The notes beneath the pieces were generated by a model. That model was not told the DNA's origin and searched no databases. It was given only the letters and a program-made list of their open reading frames with translations. From assembly GCA_050014495.1 (NCBI GenBank), contig JBEKDF010000022.1:1-46918 (forward strand): a stretch of DNA of 46,918 nt, given 5' to 3'. This DNA is from Candidatus Bathyarchaeia archaeon. GTDB lineage: Archaea > Thermoproteota > Bathyarchaeia > TCS64. A program made the translations under genes and the position numbers. Positions 10,890 through 21,008 of the stretch are shown here, piece after piece (position 1 is the stretch's first letter; each line of letters starts with the position of its first letter).

Positions 10890-11216
10890 ATGGCGGAAAA
10901 TAAGACCGTCCCAGTAACCGATGACTCCTTCGAGGAGTTCATAGCGAAGAACAAACTCGCAGTCATAGACTGCTGGGCAGCATGGTGTGGCCCCTGCAAT
11001 ATGCTCAGCCCTATAGTCGAGCAACTCGCAGGTGAATACACCAATATTACATTCGGGAAGCTAAACGTCGACGAGAACCGGAAGGTCCCGATGAAGTTCG
11101 GCATTATGAGTATACCTACCATTCTCTACTTCAGGGATGGGAAACTCGCTGACAAGACTCTTGGAGCACTGCCAAAGAAGATGCTCGAGGGAAGACTCCA
11201 AAGACTCGTAGCGTAG
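10890..11216 (+). CDS. trxA: Thioredoxin
   Basis: WAAWCGPC active site and IMSIPT cis-Pro motif; start at ATG 10890. Confidence 0.93.
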   Translation: MAENKTVPVTDDSFEEFIAKNKLAVIDCWAAWCGPCNMLSPIVEQLAGEYTNITFGKLNVDENRKVPMKFGIMSIPTILYFRDGKLADKTLGALPKKMLEGRLQRLVA

Positions 11217-11262
11217 CCTCAGAAATGAGGCCTTAAGCAATTTAACACCCATAGCGCGCATA

Positions 11263-11516
11263 TTAAATCTGGGGGCCGAGGGCGGCGAGCATCTCTTTAG
11301 TGGAGATTATGCCCCTGAATGGCTACCTCGTATAATAAGGGCAGGTACTGTGAGGAGGCCATACCTCCAGGCTAAGTTGATGTGGTCGGGAAGTGTGTAA
11401 ACATTGACCCTTATTTCGGGGTGAAGTTTTTCCACATCAGCTAAGTTCGTGGCAACCTGTTTACATTTACCACAAAGGGGGATGCGGAAAAAGACTACAT
11501 CGGCCTCGTCGGACAT
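11263..11516 (-). pseudogene. Thioredoxin/glutaredoxin-like protein with apparent 1-bp frameshift near 11324
   Basis: CGKC and TVPALIIRG. Adding one base gives the typical end KPFRGIISTKEMLAALGPQI, stop at 11263; as sequenced the ORF stops at 11307. Confidence 0.7.
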
Positions 11517-11690
11517 GCATTCTACTCCGACGCCACCAAATAAATAGTATAAGGTAGAGACTTGAAACTAGATTGACAATCTCAGCGCTAGCGATTAATT
11601 GCTTCTCTATGGTAGCCTCTATCGTCAAGGTAGGTATGTAGCGCGTGGTAATGCCTTTAACCGCCTCCGTCTAAATCTTAATCGGTCAGT

Positions 11691-12716
11691 TTGGGCGTCT
11701 ACCTCACCCCGATAATCGAGAAAAAGGTTGTGACCCTCAACGACCTGAGGGGGAGGAGCTTCGCCGTAGATGGCTTCGTCGTCCTCCATCAGTTCCTAGC
11801 CCTTATTAGGGGGAGGGACGGGCAGCCACTGACCGATGACAAGGGAAGGACAACCAGTCACCTCGTAGGACTTGCCTTCCGAACGACCCGTCTAATTGCA
11901 GATTACGGGATGAGTCTAGCATTCGTCTTCGACGGTACGCCACCCCAGCTCAAGAGAGCGGAGGTAGAGAAGCGCCGCGAGATCAGGGATAGATTTGAGG
12001 AAGAATATCATGAGGCTGTCACTGCGGGGGACTACAAGACTGCGATGAGTAAGGCCGTTATGACGGGGCGCCTCACAGAAGAGAGGATAGCTGACGCGAA
12101 GAGTCTCCTCGACATCCTCGGGATACCTTGGATACAGGCCCCGAGCGAGGGAGAGGCCCAGGCCGCGTATATGGCGATGAGGGGAGACGTCTGGGCCTCA
12201 AACAGCCAAGACTACGACAGCCTCCTATTCGGAACCCCCCGACTTGTCCGTTACATAACCATCCAGGGAGAAGAATGGCTCCCGAGCAAGGGGCACGCCC
12301 GCAAGCTCCTGCCCGAGATCATAGAGCTCGAGTCACTTCTAGACGCCCTTCAGCTCACGCGGACCCAGCTCATCGACCTCGGAATCCTCATAGGAACCGA
12401 CTTCAACAAGGGCATCAAGGGCATAGGCCCCAAGATGGCGCTGAAACTTCTCAGAAAACATGGATGTATAGAGGACCTCCCACCCGAGATCCGCGAAAGC
12501 ATCACCCCCGATGCCGATGTGATAAGAGAACTCTACCTAAACCCACCCACCACTGACAAATACAGCCTCGAGGAGAAACCACTCCAAGAGGAGAAACTCA
12601 TCAAGTTCCTCTGCGACGAGCGGAGCTTCAGCAGGGAAAGAGTGGAGATTTTGATCAGTAGGATGAGGAGTGCGCGTGGACAGAAGCGCCTTAGCAACTG
12701 GTTCGGGGGGAAATGA
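11691..12716 (+). CDS. fen: Flap endonuclease 1
   Basis: MGV start, TSHLVG, FVFDG, APSEGEAQAA, SQDYDSLLFG, GTDFN.GI.GIGPK and C-terminal PIP box QKRLSNWF. Confidence 0.96.
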   Translation: MGVYLTPIIEKKVVTLNDLRGRSFAVDGFVVLHQFLALIRGRDGQPLTDDKGRTTSHLVGLAFRTTRLIADYGMSLAFVFDGTPPQLKRAEVEKRREIRDRFEEEYHEAVTAGDYKTAMSKAVMTGRLTEERIADAKSLLDILGIPWIQAPSEGEAQAAYMAMRGDVWASNSQDYDSLLFGTPRLVRYITIQGEEWLPSKGHARKLLPEIIELESLLDALQLTRTQLIDLGILIGTDFNKGIKGIGPKMALKLLRKHGCIEDLPPEIRESITPDADVIRELYLNPPTTDKYSLEEKPLQEEKLIKFLCDERSFSRERVEILISRMRSARGQKRLSNWFGGK

Positions 12717-12717
12717 C

Positions 12718-14298
12718 CTGGAGACTCCATTCTCGCGGCTCGCTGAGCTCTGCCTTGCTCTCGAAGCTACGACGAAGCGCACCGAAAAAAGCCACCTCAT
12801 AGCTGAGTTCCTACAGCACCTTTCCCCGGACGAAGTAGCTCCCGCTGTTCTACTCGTCGTCGGTCAAATTTTCCCAGAGTTCGACCCACGAAACCTTGAA
12901 GTCGGCTGGAGTACTATGAAGCGCGTCCTTGAGAAAGCGAAGCAGACGACTCTTCTAAAGAATAGTCTTAGTATACGCCGAGTCCACGAGTCCCTCAGTG
13001 AGATAGCCCATACTAAAGGTTCCCAGTCGAGGAAGCTAAAAGAGCGGCTCCTCTCAGGGCTAATTAGCGACGCGAGTCAGGAAGAGGTCGAGGTGTTCGT
13101 TAAGATCATCTTCGGCGAGATGCGGATCGGTGTCAACGAAGGTGTCATGCTAGATGCCCTCGCAGAGTCTTCGGGGGCACCTCTAAGCCTTGTGAGGCGA
13201 GCCCTTATGTTGACGGGAAACCTTGGGGAGGTCGCTCTCGTCGCAGTAACTCAGGGGGAGAAGGGTCTCGAGGGCATAAAACCCGAGCTCTTTGTGCCAC
13301 TCAAACCTATGCTCGCGGAGACTGTCGACAATCCGGAGGAGGCCATAGAGGAGCACGGCGGAAGGACGGTCTTCGAGTACAAGTTCGATGGCGCCCGAGT
13401 TCAGATACACCGCCTCGGCGACGAAGTTAAGATCTATAGCAGGCGACTCAGTGACGTCACAGAGAGTGTTCCTGATGTAGTCAACATCGTCAAAAGGTTC
13501 CTTCCCAAAGTTGGGATTATTGTGGAAGGTGAGATTACCGCCATCGGCCCAACTGGGAAGCCACTCCCATTTCAGGACCTCATGCGTCGATTCACACGCG
13601 TCCAAGACGTCGAGAAGGCAATAGAGCAGATTCCACTCAAACTCCACCTCTTTGATGTTCTATACCTAGATGGCACCCTTCTCATTGATGAGCCATATGA
13701 GACGCGTTGGAAGATATTGAGTAAGATCACCTCAGGGGAACTCCTCACTGAAAGGACGGTGACGAACAGTCCGGTGGAGGCCAAAGCCTTTCTCAATGCC
13801 GCGATGAAAGCGGGACACGAGGGCCTAATGGCGAAGCGCCTCGACAGCCACTACAACCCAGGAGCACGCGGGAAGGACTGGCTTAAACTCAAACCCGCGG
13901 AGACCGTAGACCTCGCCATCATAGCTGCGGACTGGGGTTCTGACAGGAGGAGAGGGTGGCTTAGTAACTATCACCTCGCCGCAAAGGACGACAATGAGTG
14001 GAAGGTTGTCGGCAAGACCTTCAAGGGACTCACGGATGATGAGTTCCGCTGGATGACGAAGCGCCTCCAAGCCATCAAGGTAAGTGAGACGGATTACACC
14101 GTCTCAGTCCGCCCTGAAGTCGTCGTCGAAGTCGCTTTCAACGAGGTCCAGCGCAGCCCCCACTATAAGAGCGGCTTTGCCCTCAGGTTCGCTCGCATAA
14201 CTCGAATAAGAGATGACAAGGGACCCCAAGACGCAGAAAGTCTTGATCATATTAGAGCCTTGTACAAGAAACAGTTCAGGGTCAAGGATCAATTATAA
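12718..14298 (+). CDS. lig: ATP-dependent DNA ligase
   Basis: PMLA, EYKFDGARVQIH (adenylated Lys), EGLMAK, WLKLK and ALRFARI.RIR.DK. Start uncertain (CTG 12718 after GGGGGG, or GTG 12670). Confidence 0.94.
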   Translation: METPFSRLAELCLALEATTKRTEKSHLIAEFLQHLSPDEVAPAVLLVVGQIFPEFDPRNLEVGWSTMKRVLEKAKQTTLLKNSLSIRRVHESLSEIAHTKGSQSRKLKERLLSGLISDASQEEVEVFVKIIFGEMRIGVNEGVMLDALAESSGAPLSLVRRALMLTGNLGEVALVAVTQGEKGLEGIKPELFVPLKPMLAETVDNPEEAIEEHGGRTVFEYKFDGARVQIHRLGDEVKIYSRRLSDVTESVPDVVNIVKRFLPKVGIIVEGEITAIGPTGKPLPFQDLMRRFTRVQDVEKAIEQIPLKLHLFDVLYLDGTLLIDEPYETRWKILSKITSGELLTERTVTNSPVEAKAFLNAAMKAGHEGLMAKRLDSHYNPGARGKDWLKLKPAETVDLAIIAADWGSDRRRGWLSNYHLAAKDDNEWKVVGKTFKGLTDDEFRWMTKRLQAIKVSETDYTVSVRPEVVVEVAFNEVQRSPHYKSGFALRFARITRIRDDKGPQDAESLDHIRALYKKQFRVKDQL

Positions 14299-14305
14299 GA
14301 AATTG

Positions 14306-15724
14306 TTAGAATTGTTTGAGAGGAGGCTTGAGGTCGAGTGGAATCGGTGACTTGTATTTCCTTCCCGCGAGCCTCGTCTTGAACTCTGCTTTCACATCTT
14401 TAAGGAGCTTCGGCTTCGTCATCAAGTCAAGTCCCGCGCCGGCCATTATCTTAGTGGCGAAGATTAGGCCCTTATGACCTATACTCATACCACCCTGGGC
14501 TGTGAACTGCCAACTATGACCAGGGGTGCCAAGCATGCAGGTGACAGTGCTGAACTCCTTAGTGGGTGTCACCCAGCTCACATCACTCACGTCTGTGCTT
14601 CCTGCTCCGATTTCCCCCGCCTGATAGTCATCCAGTATGCGTTCGTCGAAGAGCTCATCCAATAGCTTATCCCAGCCGGGGCGCTTCGACTTTCGGAGCC
14701 CTTCCTTCTTCTGCATGGGATCGATGCTCTTGTTCATCTCTTTAGCAAACTTTAACTCAGCCTCATCGTGCTTGGGAGCGCCAATCTCGCGCATATTGGC
14801 GACGATGATCTCGCAAAGTCTGGAGTTGGGTATCTCATTGTAGCACCCGGTGAGAAACTCTATCTTGTGGCTGGTGCGAGCCATCTTGTCCGCGCCGTCA
14901 GCGATCTGGAGGACCCAATTGTAAATTGATTCGAGCTGCTCTCTCTCAGGGGCACGAACATAGTACCATACGCGAGCGTAGGCTGGGACAACGTTTGGCT
15001 GTCCACCTCCAACCTCGGTAACGTAATGGACGCGTGCCTTCTCGATCATGTGTTCACGCATATAGTTGACACCGCTGCTCATCAGCTCAACGGCGTCTAA
15101 AGCGCTGATACCGTTCTCGGGGTCACCCGCTGCATGAGCGGTCTTGCCGTAGAAGTGGACCTTGAAGCTATTCATTGAATTGCTGCTTCCGGTTCCAGCG
15201 GTATTGACGGAGCCAGGGTGGTGACTGATACAAGCATCAACACCCTTGAAGAGGCCATGGCGAGTCATCCAGACCTTGCCAACGAGAGTTTCCTCTGCAG
15301 GGCAACCATACATCTTTATGGTGCCCTTGAGGCTCTTCTCCTCCATCGCGGCCTTTAAAGCGACAGCAGACGCGAGGGCGGTTGTGCCGTGCATATTGTG
15401 GCCGCAACCGTGACCTGGTGCCCCATCCTTTACTGGCTCCTTATATGGGACTGCTTTCTGGCTAAGCCCTGCGAGTGCGTCGAGTTCGCCCATTAGCCCG
15501 ATTGTTGGGCCTTCGCCATTGCTCCACGTCGCAACAAATGCGGTGGGCATATCTGCGACGCCCCTCTCCAGCTTGAAGCCATGCTTCTCGATCCAGTCGG
15601 CAAAGAGCTTGCTCGTGTTCGTCTCCTGCAAGCCGACCTCAGCGTATTCCCATGCTTTGTTGCTGATCTTTATGATCTCCTTCTCGTTCTCGTCTACCCA
15701 ACTGAAAGCTGTAACCTTGGACAA
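14306..15724 (-). CDS. M20 family amidohydrolase (AbgB-like)
   Basis: GELDAL, GHGCGHN, GCPAEE, HAAGDP, GSTDVSDVSW and PGHSWQ motifs. Confidence 0.9.
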   Translation of the reverse strand: MSKVTAFSWVDENEKEIIKISNKAWEYAEVGLQETNTSKLFADWIEKHGFKLERGVADMPTAFVATWSNGEGPTIGLMGELDALAGLSQKAVPYKEPVKDGAPGHGCGHNMHGTTALASAVALKAAMEEKSLKGTIKMYGCPAEETLVGKVWMTRHGLFKGVDACISHHPGSVNTAGTGSSNSMNSFKVHFYGKTAHAAGDPENGISALDAVELMSSGVNYMREHMIEKARVHYVTEVGGGQPNVVPAYARVWYYVRAPEREQLESIYNWVLQIADGADKMARTSHKIEFLTGCYNEIPNSRLCEIIVANMREIGAPKHDEAELKFAKEMNKSIDPMQKKEGLRKSKRPGWDKLLDELFDERILDDYQAGEIGAGSTDVSDVSWVTPTKEFSTVTCMLGTPGHSWQFTAQGGMSIGHKGLIFATKIMAGAGLDLMTKPKLLKDVKAEFKTRLAGRKYKSPIPLDLKPPLKQF

Positions 15725-16127
15725 ACCAATCGGGGAGTATTAGCCGGTTTAAGGTATAAAACCAGCGACTATGTCAGTCCCTTAGATAGAGTAGAATCAG
15801 TGCCCTGGTGCCCACGCATGGCTACTTATAAACCACTCACGGGAGACGAGCATACAGCTCTCCACCTTAAAGCTAAACGCCCGCGTCCTCAAGGAACTTA
15901 GCCTCATCATTTACGTTTCTATCGAGAATTGAAGTAGGGCTAAGGTTAAACCCGTTGGGAACCCTACGCTTAGACTCATTGTTTCCCCCGAGGATACTAA
16001 AATCATGTTCTTTGACCAGCTTCAGCCCCGAGTAAGCTCTCAGAAACATCTTTCAACGCTCCATAAACCCTCACTCATTTAAGTCTGTAGAGAGGAGTAA
16101 GATCAGTCATTCTCGGCTGGTGAAAGT

Positions 16128-17840
16128 ATGGGCGATATAAAGATCCTTCTGGGTTTCGAGGTTGGAACGGGCAAAGAGGTAAACATGAGCCTCCACCACA
16201 CCGTCATTACGGGGATGACCCAGCTATCAGGGAAGACAACAACCCTTGAGGCCATCATCAGCCGAGCCAACAGACGTGCTATCGCCTTCAAGACTAAGCG
16301 CGGAGAATCAGGATTCAACAGCTACCAGGAGATACCTCCATTCTTCAAAGAGCGCGCAGATTGGCAATATGTCTCTACCCTCCTCGAGGCCGTTATGCGG
16401 GAGAAGATGAAGTTCGAGCGCCCCTGGATAATGAAAGCGACTCAGGGGACTAGGAGCCTTAGGGAAGTCCTCGCGAGGGTCCAATCCCTCAGAGCTGAGG
16501 CGACGAAGGAGCTTCCGGAGAACATCTACACCGCCCTCGAAGAGTACCTAAAGATAGTGGTACCTCAGATCGAGAAATTCAGCTTCAGCAAGACCCTCGA
16601 CATCATTGACGGCATCAATGTGATGGACCTCACTGAGATGACGCTGGAGCTACAGGGCCTTGTCATTCAGAGTACAATGGAGTACGTCATTAACAATCTC
16701 CGTGAGACGATCCTCATCGTCCCAGAGGCTTGGGAGCATATCCCACAGGGGAGAAATACGCCAGTGAAGCTATACGCAGAGACCTTCATTAGAAAAGGAG
16801 CCGCCATCGACAACTACCTATTTATAGACAGTCAAGACATCGCGGGGATAGACAAAATGCCTCTACGCCAGTGTAACAACTGGATACTTGGCAGACAACG
16901 CGAGGGCCACGAGGTGGAGAGAGTAAGGGAGCAAATAGGGAGAAATAAAATTGATGCAGAGGAGATAAGGAGTCTTCCTCTGGGACACTTCTTGGCCATT
17001 CTCGGCGATGATATAAAGAAGGTCTACGTGCTCCCCGCGGGGGTCCCAGCCAATATAGGGCGGAGTGTAGCCATGGGGGAGATGACCGCCACTGAAGCGG
17101 GTAAGTACATTAACGCCTCCTCTAATGAGAAGGAATCTACACCGGGGGCACAGACGGGTATCCGACGCATTCTCCCGGTTCCCGGTGACGACAGGGCCTT
17201 ACATCGGATCGAGGAGTTGGAGATGAAGCTTACCCGGAGAGATGATGAGTTATCCAATCTTCGAAAAGATGTAGAAGAGCTACACAAGGAGCTCATTACC
17301 AACACAACCAAGCTGGAACAACTAGAAAGACAACAGGAAACAGCTGAGCAGATAGCTGCGAAAATCCAAATACCTGCGGTTCGCCTTGGCTTCACCGTTG
17401 ACGACCTTAACCAGCTCATAGACCAGAGGATGCACCAGATAATCCAGTACGACAAACCAACGATATTCACGCAGGTCGATGTCTCAAGTAGGTTTAGAGA
17501 GATAATAAAGGAGAGGTTCGTGGGAGAACTCGGCCTCCGAATCAAGAGCCTACCCAAGTCCACGATACATACTGCCATGATGGTCCATGAGAGGAAAGGG
17601 GTGAAACGGGGAGAGCTCTACAGTCTCCTTCATGGAGGCAACACCCGGATAAGCGACGACTTCTATACCGAACTCCAGACTCTCGAGGAATCCCATCTAA
17701 TCGTTTACAGTAAGGAGACGAGTTTAATCCACTGGGCACTCGGCGAGTATCTGAAAAGGGAACTAGGGGCATTGTACGATGAAATCACGATAAAACAAGC
17801 GGAGGACTACCTCGCAAGCCTGATTCTCCCAGCTAGCTGA
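16128..17840 (+). CDS. HerA/FtsK-superfamily-like P-loop ATPase with coiled coil and C-terminal wHTH-like domain
   Basis: Variant Walker A GMTQLSGKTT, Walker B LIVPEAW, RKG motif, DSQ sensor and a heptad-rich central region. Confidence 0.7.
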   Translation: MGDIKILLGFEVGTGKEVNMSLHHTVITGMTQLSGKTTTLEAIISRANRRAIAFKTKRGESGFNSYQEIPPFFKERADWQYVSTLLEAVMREKMKFERPWIMKATQGTRSLREVLARVQSLRAEATKELPENIYTALEEYLKIVVPQIEKFSFSKTLDIIDGINVMDLTEMTLELQGLVIQSTMEYVINNLRETILIVPEAWEHIPQGRNTPVKLYAETFIRKGAAIDNYLFIDSQDIAGIDKMPLRQCNNWILGRQREGHEVERVREQIGRNKIDAEEIRSLPLGHFLAILGDDIKKVYVLPAGVPANIGRSVAMGEMTATEAGKYINASSNEKESTPGAQTGIRRILPVPGDDRALHRIEELEMKLTRRDDELSNLRKDVEELHKELITNTTKLEQLERQQETAEQIAAKIQIPAVRLGFTVDDLNQLIDQRMHQIIQYDKPTIFTQVDVSSRFREIIKERFVGELGLRIKSLPKSTIHTAMMVHERKGVKRGELYSLLHGGNTRISDDFYTELQTLEESHLIVYSKETSLIHWALGEYLKRELGALYDEITIKQAEDYLASLILPAS

Positions 17841-18297
17841 CTCTGTGGTCATAGTCCATGTCAGGCGTCTTCACGGGACGGGTAACAAGCATACCGTCTT
17901 CGATGCTCCACTCGCGTAGCCCCGCATACTGTATACAATTATCCTCAAGAAGTACTAGCGCCCTCTCGCCTTCACCGGCGGGGACATAGACAAAAAGCTT
18001 CTTGAACCTCTCACCCATTCCCGTACTCTCCGAGAGAAGCCTCCACTTCTCCACGAGGCCGGGTCCTACATCCATTTCGACCTCACCGATCTCGCGGATG
18101 GCCCCATCAGGATTAAGAACAACGACGCTAGGGTAGACCTTCCCCTTAGGACCTTCGAAGGCGTAGTTCTTCTCATTGCTCGTGTTGACGATAGTACGCC
18201 TATTCTCATCCCATGTGGTCTGATCTATGAAGGGAAACCGCGTGGCTCCTATGATCCTTGATATCCTGTCCCTAAGTACGCCCTTAGAAGGAAGCAT
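17833..18297 (-). CDS. Hypothetical protein, possible restriction-endonuclease-like fold
   Basis: Follows the acyl-CoA ligase; YPSVVVL...IGEVE resembles a degenerate PD-(D/E)xK core; start uncertain (ORF extends to 18357). Confidence 0.55.
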   Translation of the reverse strand: MLPSKGVLRDRISRIIGATRFPFIDQTTWDENRRTIVNTSNEKNYAFEGPKGKVYPSVVVLNPDGAIREIGEVEMDVGPGLVEKWRLLSESTGMGERFKKLFVYVPAGEGERALVLLEDNCIQYAGLREWSIEDGMLVTRPVKTPDMDYDHRVS

Positions 18298-18313
18298 AGT
18301 GGTTATTGGCCGG

Positions 18314-20017
18314 CTATGCATTTGATTTCTGCGTTGAGTGCTCTCTAGCGTAGTCATCCATCGCCTTTTGGAGGCGTCGCTCGATCTCCGTCTCGACTGC
18401 GAGGCGATCGATCTTCCCCATACTCGTCAAGGGGAGGCTATCTACGATGTCAATCCTTCCCGGCACTTGATAGGGCTGGAGCTTACTCCGGCAAATCTCA
18501 ACGAGCCGAGCCTGACCCCCCTCTGGGTTTACTCCCTTCTTAAGAACGACGAGAGCCTGGATATCAGTGTTGCACCGGAGCGGATCAGGGGCACCAACGG
18601 CTACCGCTGTCTCCACCTCGGGACTACTGAGTAAAACGTCCTCGACCTCAACGGGCCATACGGTGTGCCCAGCAGCTACTATCCGCTCTCTAATTCGACC
18701 TACGACGTAGAGCCAACCAGCTTCGTCCACGCGTACAACGTCACCGGTGTGGAGCCAGCCTGCGACTAGTACTTTCGAAGTCTCTTCGGGTGATTTCCAA
18801 TACCCCTTCATAATCTGTGGACCACGGACCAGTAGTTCCCCCTCCTTGCCTGGGGCGACCTTGATCTCCCCGATCTGGGTGTCAACAACCTTAACATCAG
18901 TGTCTGGGTAGGCCATACCGGCGCTGAGATAGTTATGCTCCCCCTCGATTGGGGTGGCATGAGTCGCTGGGCCCGCCTCAGTCAAGCCGTAGCCCTGATA
19001 GAACTTAGCGCCAGTGATAGTCTCGAATCTCTTCATTAGATCAGGGGAAATCGTTGCGCCACCACTCGAGGCAGTCGTGACGCTGCTTAGGTCATAGCAA
19101 CTGAGTTTAGGGTGTTCGAGAATCTCAGCAACGAAACGCGGGATAAGTGGCATATGGGTTACCCGGTATCTCTGAACAGCCTCGAGTATCACCTCGGGTT
19201 TCGGGTCGGGGATGAGGACGAGTGTGCAACCAAAGCTCAGAGCCTCGTTCATGATATTTAACCCATAACTGTGGAAGAAAGGGACCGCACAAAGGATTAA
19301 GGGCCACCCAAGGGGCTGAGGCTTGGCGCTGTAGCCCCAGCCCCTAAGCCAGTAGTAACTTTGGAGGGCATTCGCGGTGAGGGCGTAATGGGTGAGCATA
19401 ACCCCCTTTGGATTCCCAGTGGTCCCTGAGGTGAAGAGGATGACTGCGATGTCCCCCCTCGGGTCGATGGTGACGATCTTGGGCTTATCACCCACAGTCA
19501 ATTCGTTGAACCTCGACGCACCTACGGGGAGTGTCTTTCTATGGGCTAGGCTGCTCAGGAGCCGTATATGTATAGGTGCGTACTCAGCTGCCTCTGCCAT
19601 TATTACCTTCCCTGAATAGTCCTTCGGGAGCTTGTCCAGGAGCCTATCGAGCACAATGAGAATCTTACAATCAGTCTCTGCAAGCTCTCTACTTATCTCC
19701 TCGATTGGGTTGAGCGGATTAACCGGGACCACGATTGCCCCTGCAGCGAGAGCGCCTTCAAAGGCTATAAGAAACTGGGGAGTGTTAGCGAGGAGGAGAC
19801 CAACTCGATCACCCTTCATTAATCCCAGCCTCCCAAGGTGCCCTGCGAATCTAAGGGTCTTCCCCCAAAGCTCCGAGTAAATAAGCCTATTACCGAGGTA
19901 GAGAACCCCCACCCTCCCCGGAAACTTGCGGGCACTGTTCTCGAGGAACCCATATAAGGGCATCTCGGGGTATTCGATACTTCTAGGCACACCTGGGGGA
20001 TGGAAACGGGTCATCAA
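18314..20017 (-). CDS. Long-chain acyl-CoA ligase (AMP-binding, ANL superfamily)
   Basis: FTSGTTGNPKG, QGYGLTE, WLHTGD and LPLTSMGKID motifs. Confidence 0.92.
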   Translation of the reverse strand: MMTRFHPPGVPRSIEYPEMPLYGFLENSARKFPGRVGVLYLGNRLIYSELWGKTLRFAGHLGRLGLMKGDRVGLLLANTPQFLIAFEGALAAGAIVVPVNPLNPIEEISRELAETDCKILIVLDRLLDKLPKDYSGKVIMAEAAEYAPIHIRLLSSLAHRKTLPVGASRFNELTVGDKPKIVTIDPRGDIAVILFTSGTTGNPKGVMLTHYALTANALQSYYWLRGWGYSAKPQPLGWPLILCAVPFFHSYGLNIMNEALSFGCTLVLIPDPKPEVILEAVQRYRVTHMPLIPRFVAEILEHPKLSCYDLSSVTTASSGGATISPDLMKRFETITGAKFYQGYGLTEAGPATHATPIEGEHNYLSAGMAYPDTDVKVVDTQIGEIKVAPGKEGELLVRGPQIMKGYWKSPEETSKVLVAGWLHTGDVVRVDEAGWLYVVGRIRERIVAAGHTVWPVEVEDVLLSSPEVETAVAVGAPDPLRCNTDIQALVVLKKGVNPEGGQARLVEICRSKLQPYQVPGRIDIVDSLPLTSMGKIDRLAVETEIERRLQKAMDDYAREHSTQKSNA

Positions 20018-20092
20018 GTGATCGGATGCAAGCGTGGAAGCTATAAATGCGCCTGCAAACCAGGTTTAATGCGGTAAAGGAATTGGAATAAA

Positions 20093-20986
20093 ATGTCAGA
20101 GTTAAACTTTGAGGGCGTCTATGTCCCGAACGTCACACCTTTCGACGAGTGTGGTGACATACAGTACGAGGCCCTCGGCGAGCTCATTGAATACTGGATA
20201 GGGGCAGGGGTAACAGGGATAGTCACCAATGCCAGCACAGGGGAGTCCCCGTACCTAAACAGGGATGAGTTGACGGATGTGCTCCGCTTCGTATTAGAGA
20301 AGGTGGATGGACGAACTCAAGTCATCGCGGGCACAGGGGCTATGGCGACGAGGGAGACCATGGAGCTAACAAGAGACGCAAAGGATGCTGGTGCCGAGGC
20401 AGTGCTCATTACAACACCTTACTTCTTCCGACCTACAGAGGAGGAACTATTCCGCCACTACGCCATTGTCCTCTCCTCCGTCGACCTCCCAACCATACTC
20501 TACAACGTCCCAAAGTTCACTGGCTATAGTGTAGCACCAAAGACCATCGCGAGGATAGCTGAGGAATGCAGTGGCCTCGCTGGTGTGAAAGATAGTAGTG
20601 GTAGTCCTGGCAACATGGCTGAGATAATCCGTCTTTGTGGGGATAGAATAGCCTGTCTTAGTGGAGCCGCAGACATGTTTCTCCCAACACTAAGCCTCGG
20701 TGGAAAAGGCGCCATCCTCGCAATTGCCAATGTCGTCCCTGGCACCTGCGTGGAACTCTATAAAGCATTCAGGAGGGGTGATATAGCCACGGCTGGGAAG
20801 AGACAGAGAACCGCGAGCCACGTAAATAATGTCCTCGTAGCCAGCTTCCCACAGGTAGCAGCTATAAAGGCAACACTCAACCGGATGGGGTATAGAGCCG
20901 GAGCACCTAGGCAGCCACTTCTCCCACTCACCGAGTCCCAGGAGAAGTCAGCGACAGAAGCCCTCAGAAACACCAAACTATACTAA
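20093..20986 (+). CDS. Dihydrodipicolinate synthase (DapA) family aldolase
   Basis: TPF, STGE, YNVP and GVKDSSG (Schiff-base Lys) motifs. Confidence 0.9.
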   Translation: MSELNFEGVYVPNVTPFDECGDIQYEALGELIEYWIGAGVTGIVTNASTGESPYLNRDELTDVLRFVLEKVDGRTQVIAGTGAMATRETMELTRDAKDAGAEAVLITTPYFFRPTEEELFRHYAIVLSSVDLPTILYNVPKFTGYSVAPKTIARIAEECSGLAGVKDSSGSPGNMAEIIRLCGDRIACLSGAADMFLPTLSLGGKGAILAIANVVPGTCVELYKAFRRGDIATAGKRQRTASHVNNVLVASFPQVAAIKATLNRMGYRAGAPRQPLLPLTESQEKSATEALRNTKLY

Positions 20987-21008
20987 GGCGACAGTATTTT
21001 CACCATCG

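Noticed and set aside
10820..11122. N-terminal extension of the 235-aa minus ORF
   Set aside because: Antisense to thioredoxin; the regulator starts near 10819.
15875..16050. Possible 58-aa minus-strand ORF between the M20 and ATPase genes
   Set aside because: No recognisable motif or coupling evidence.
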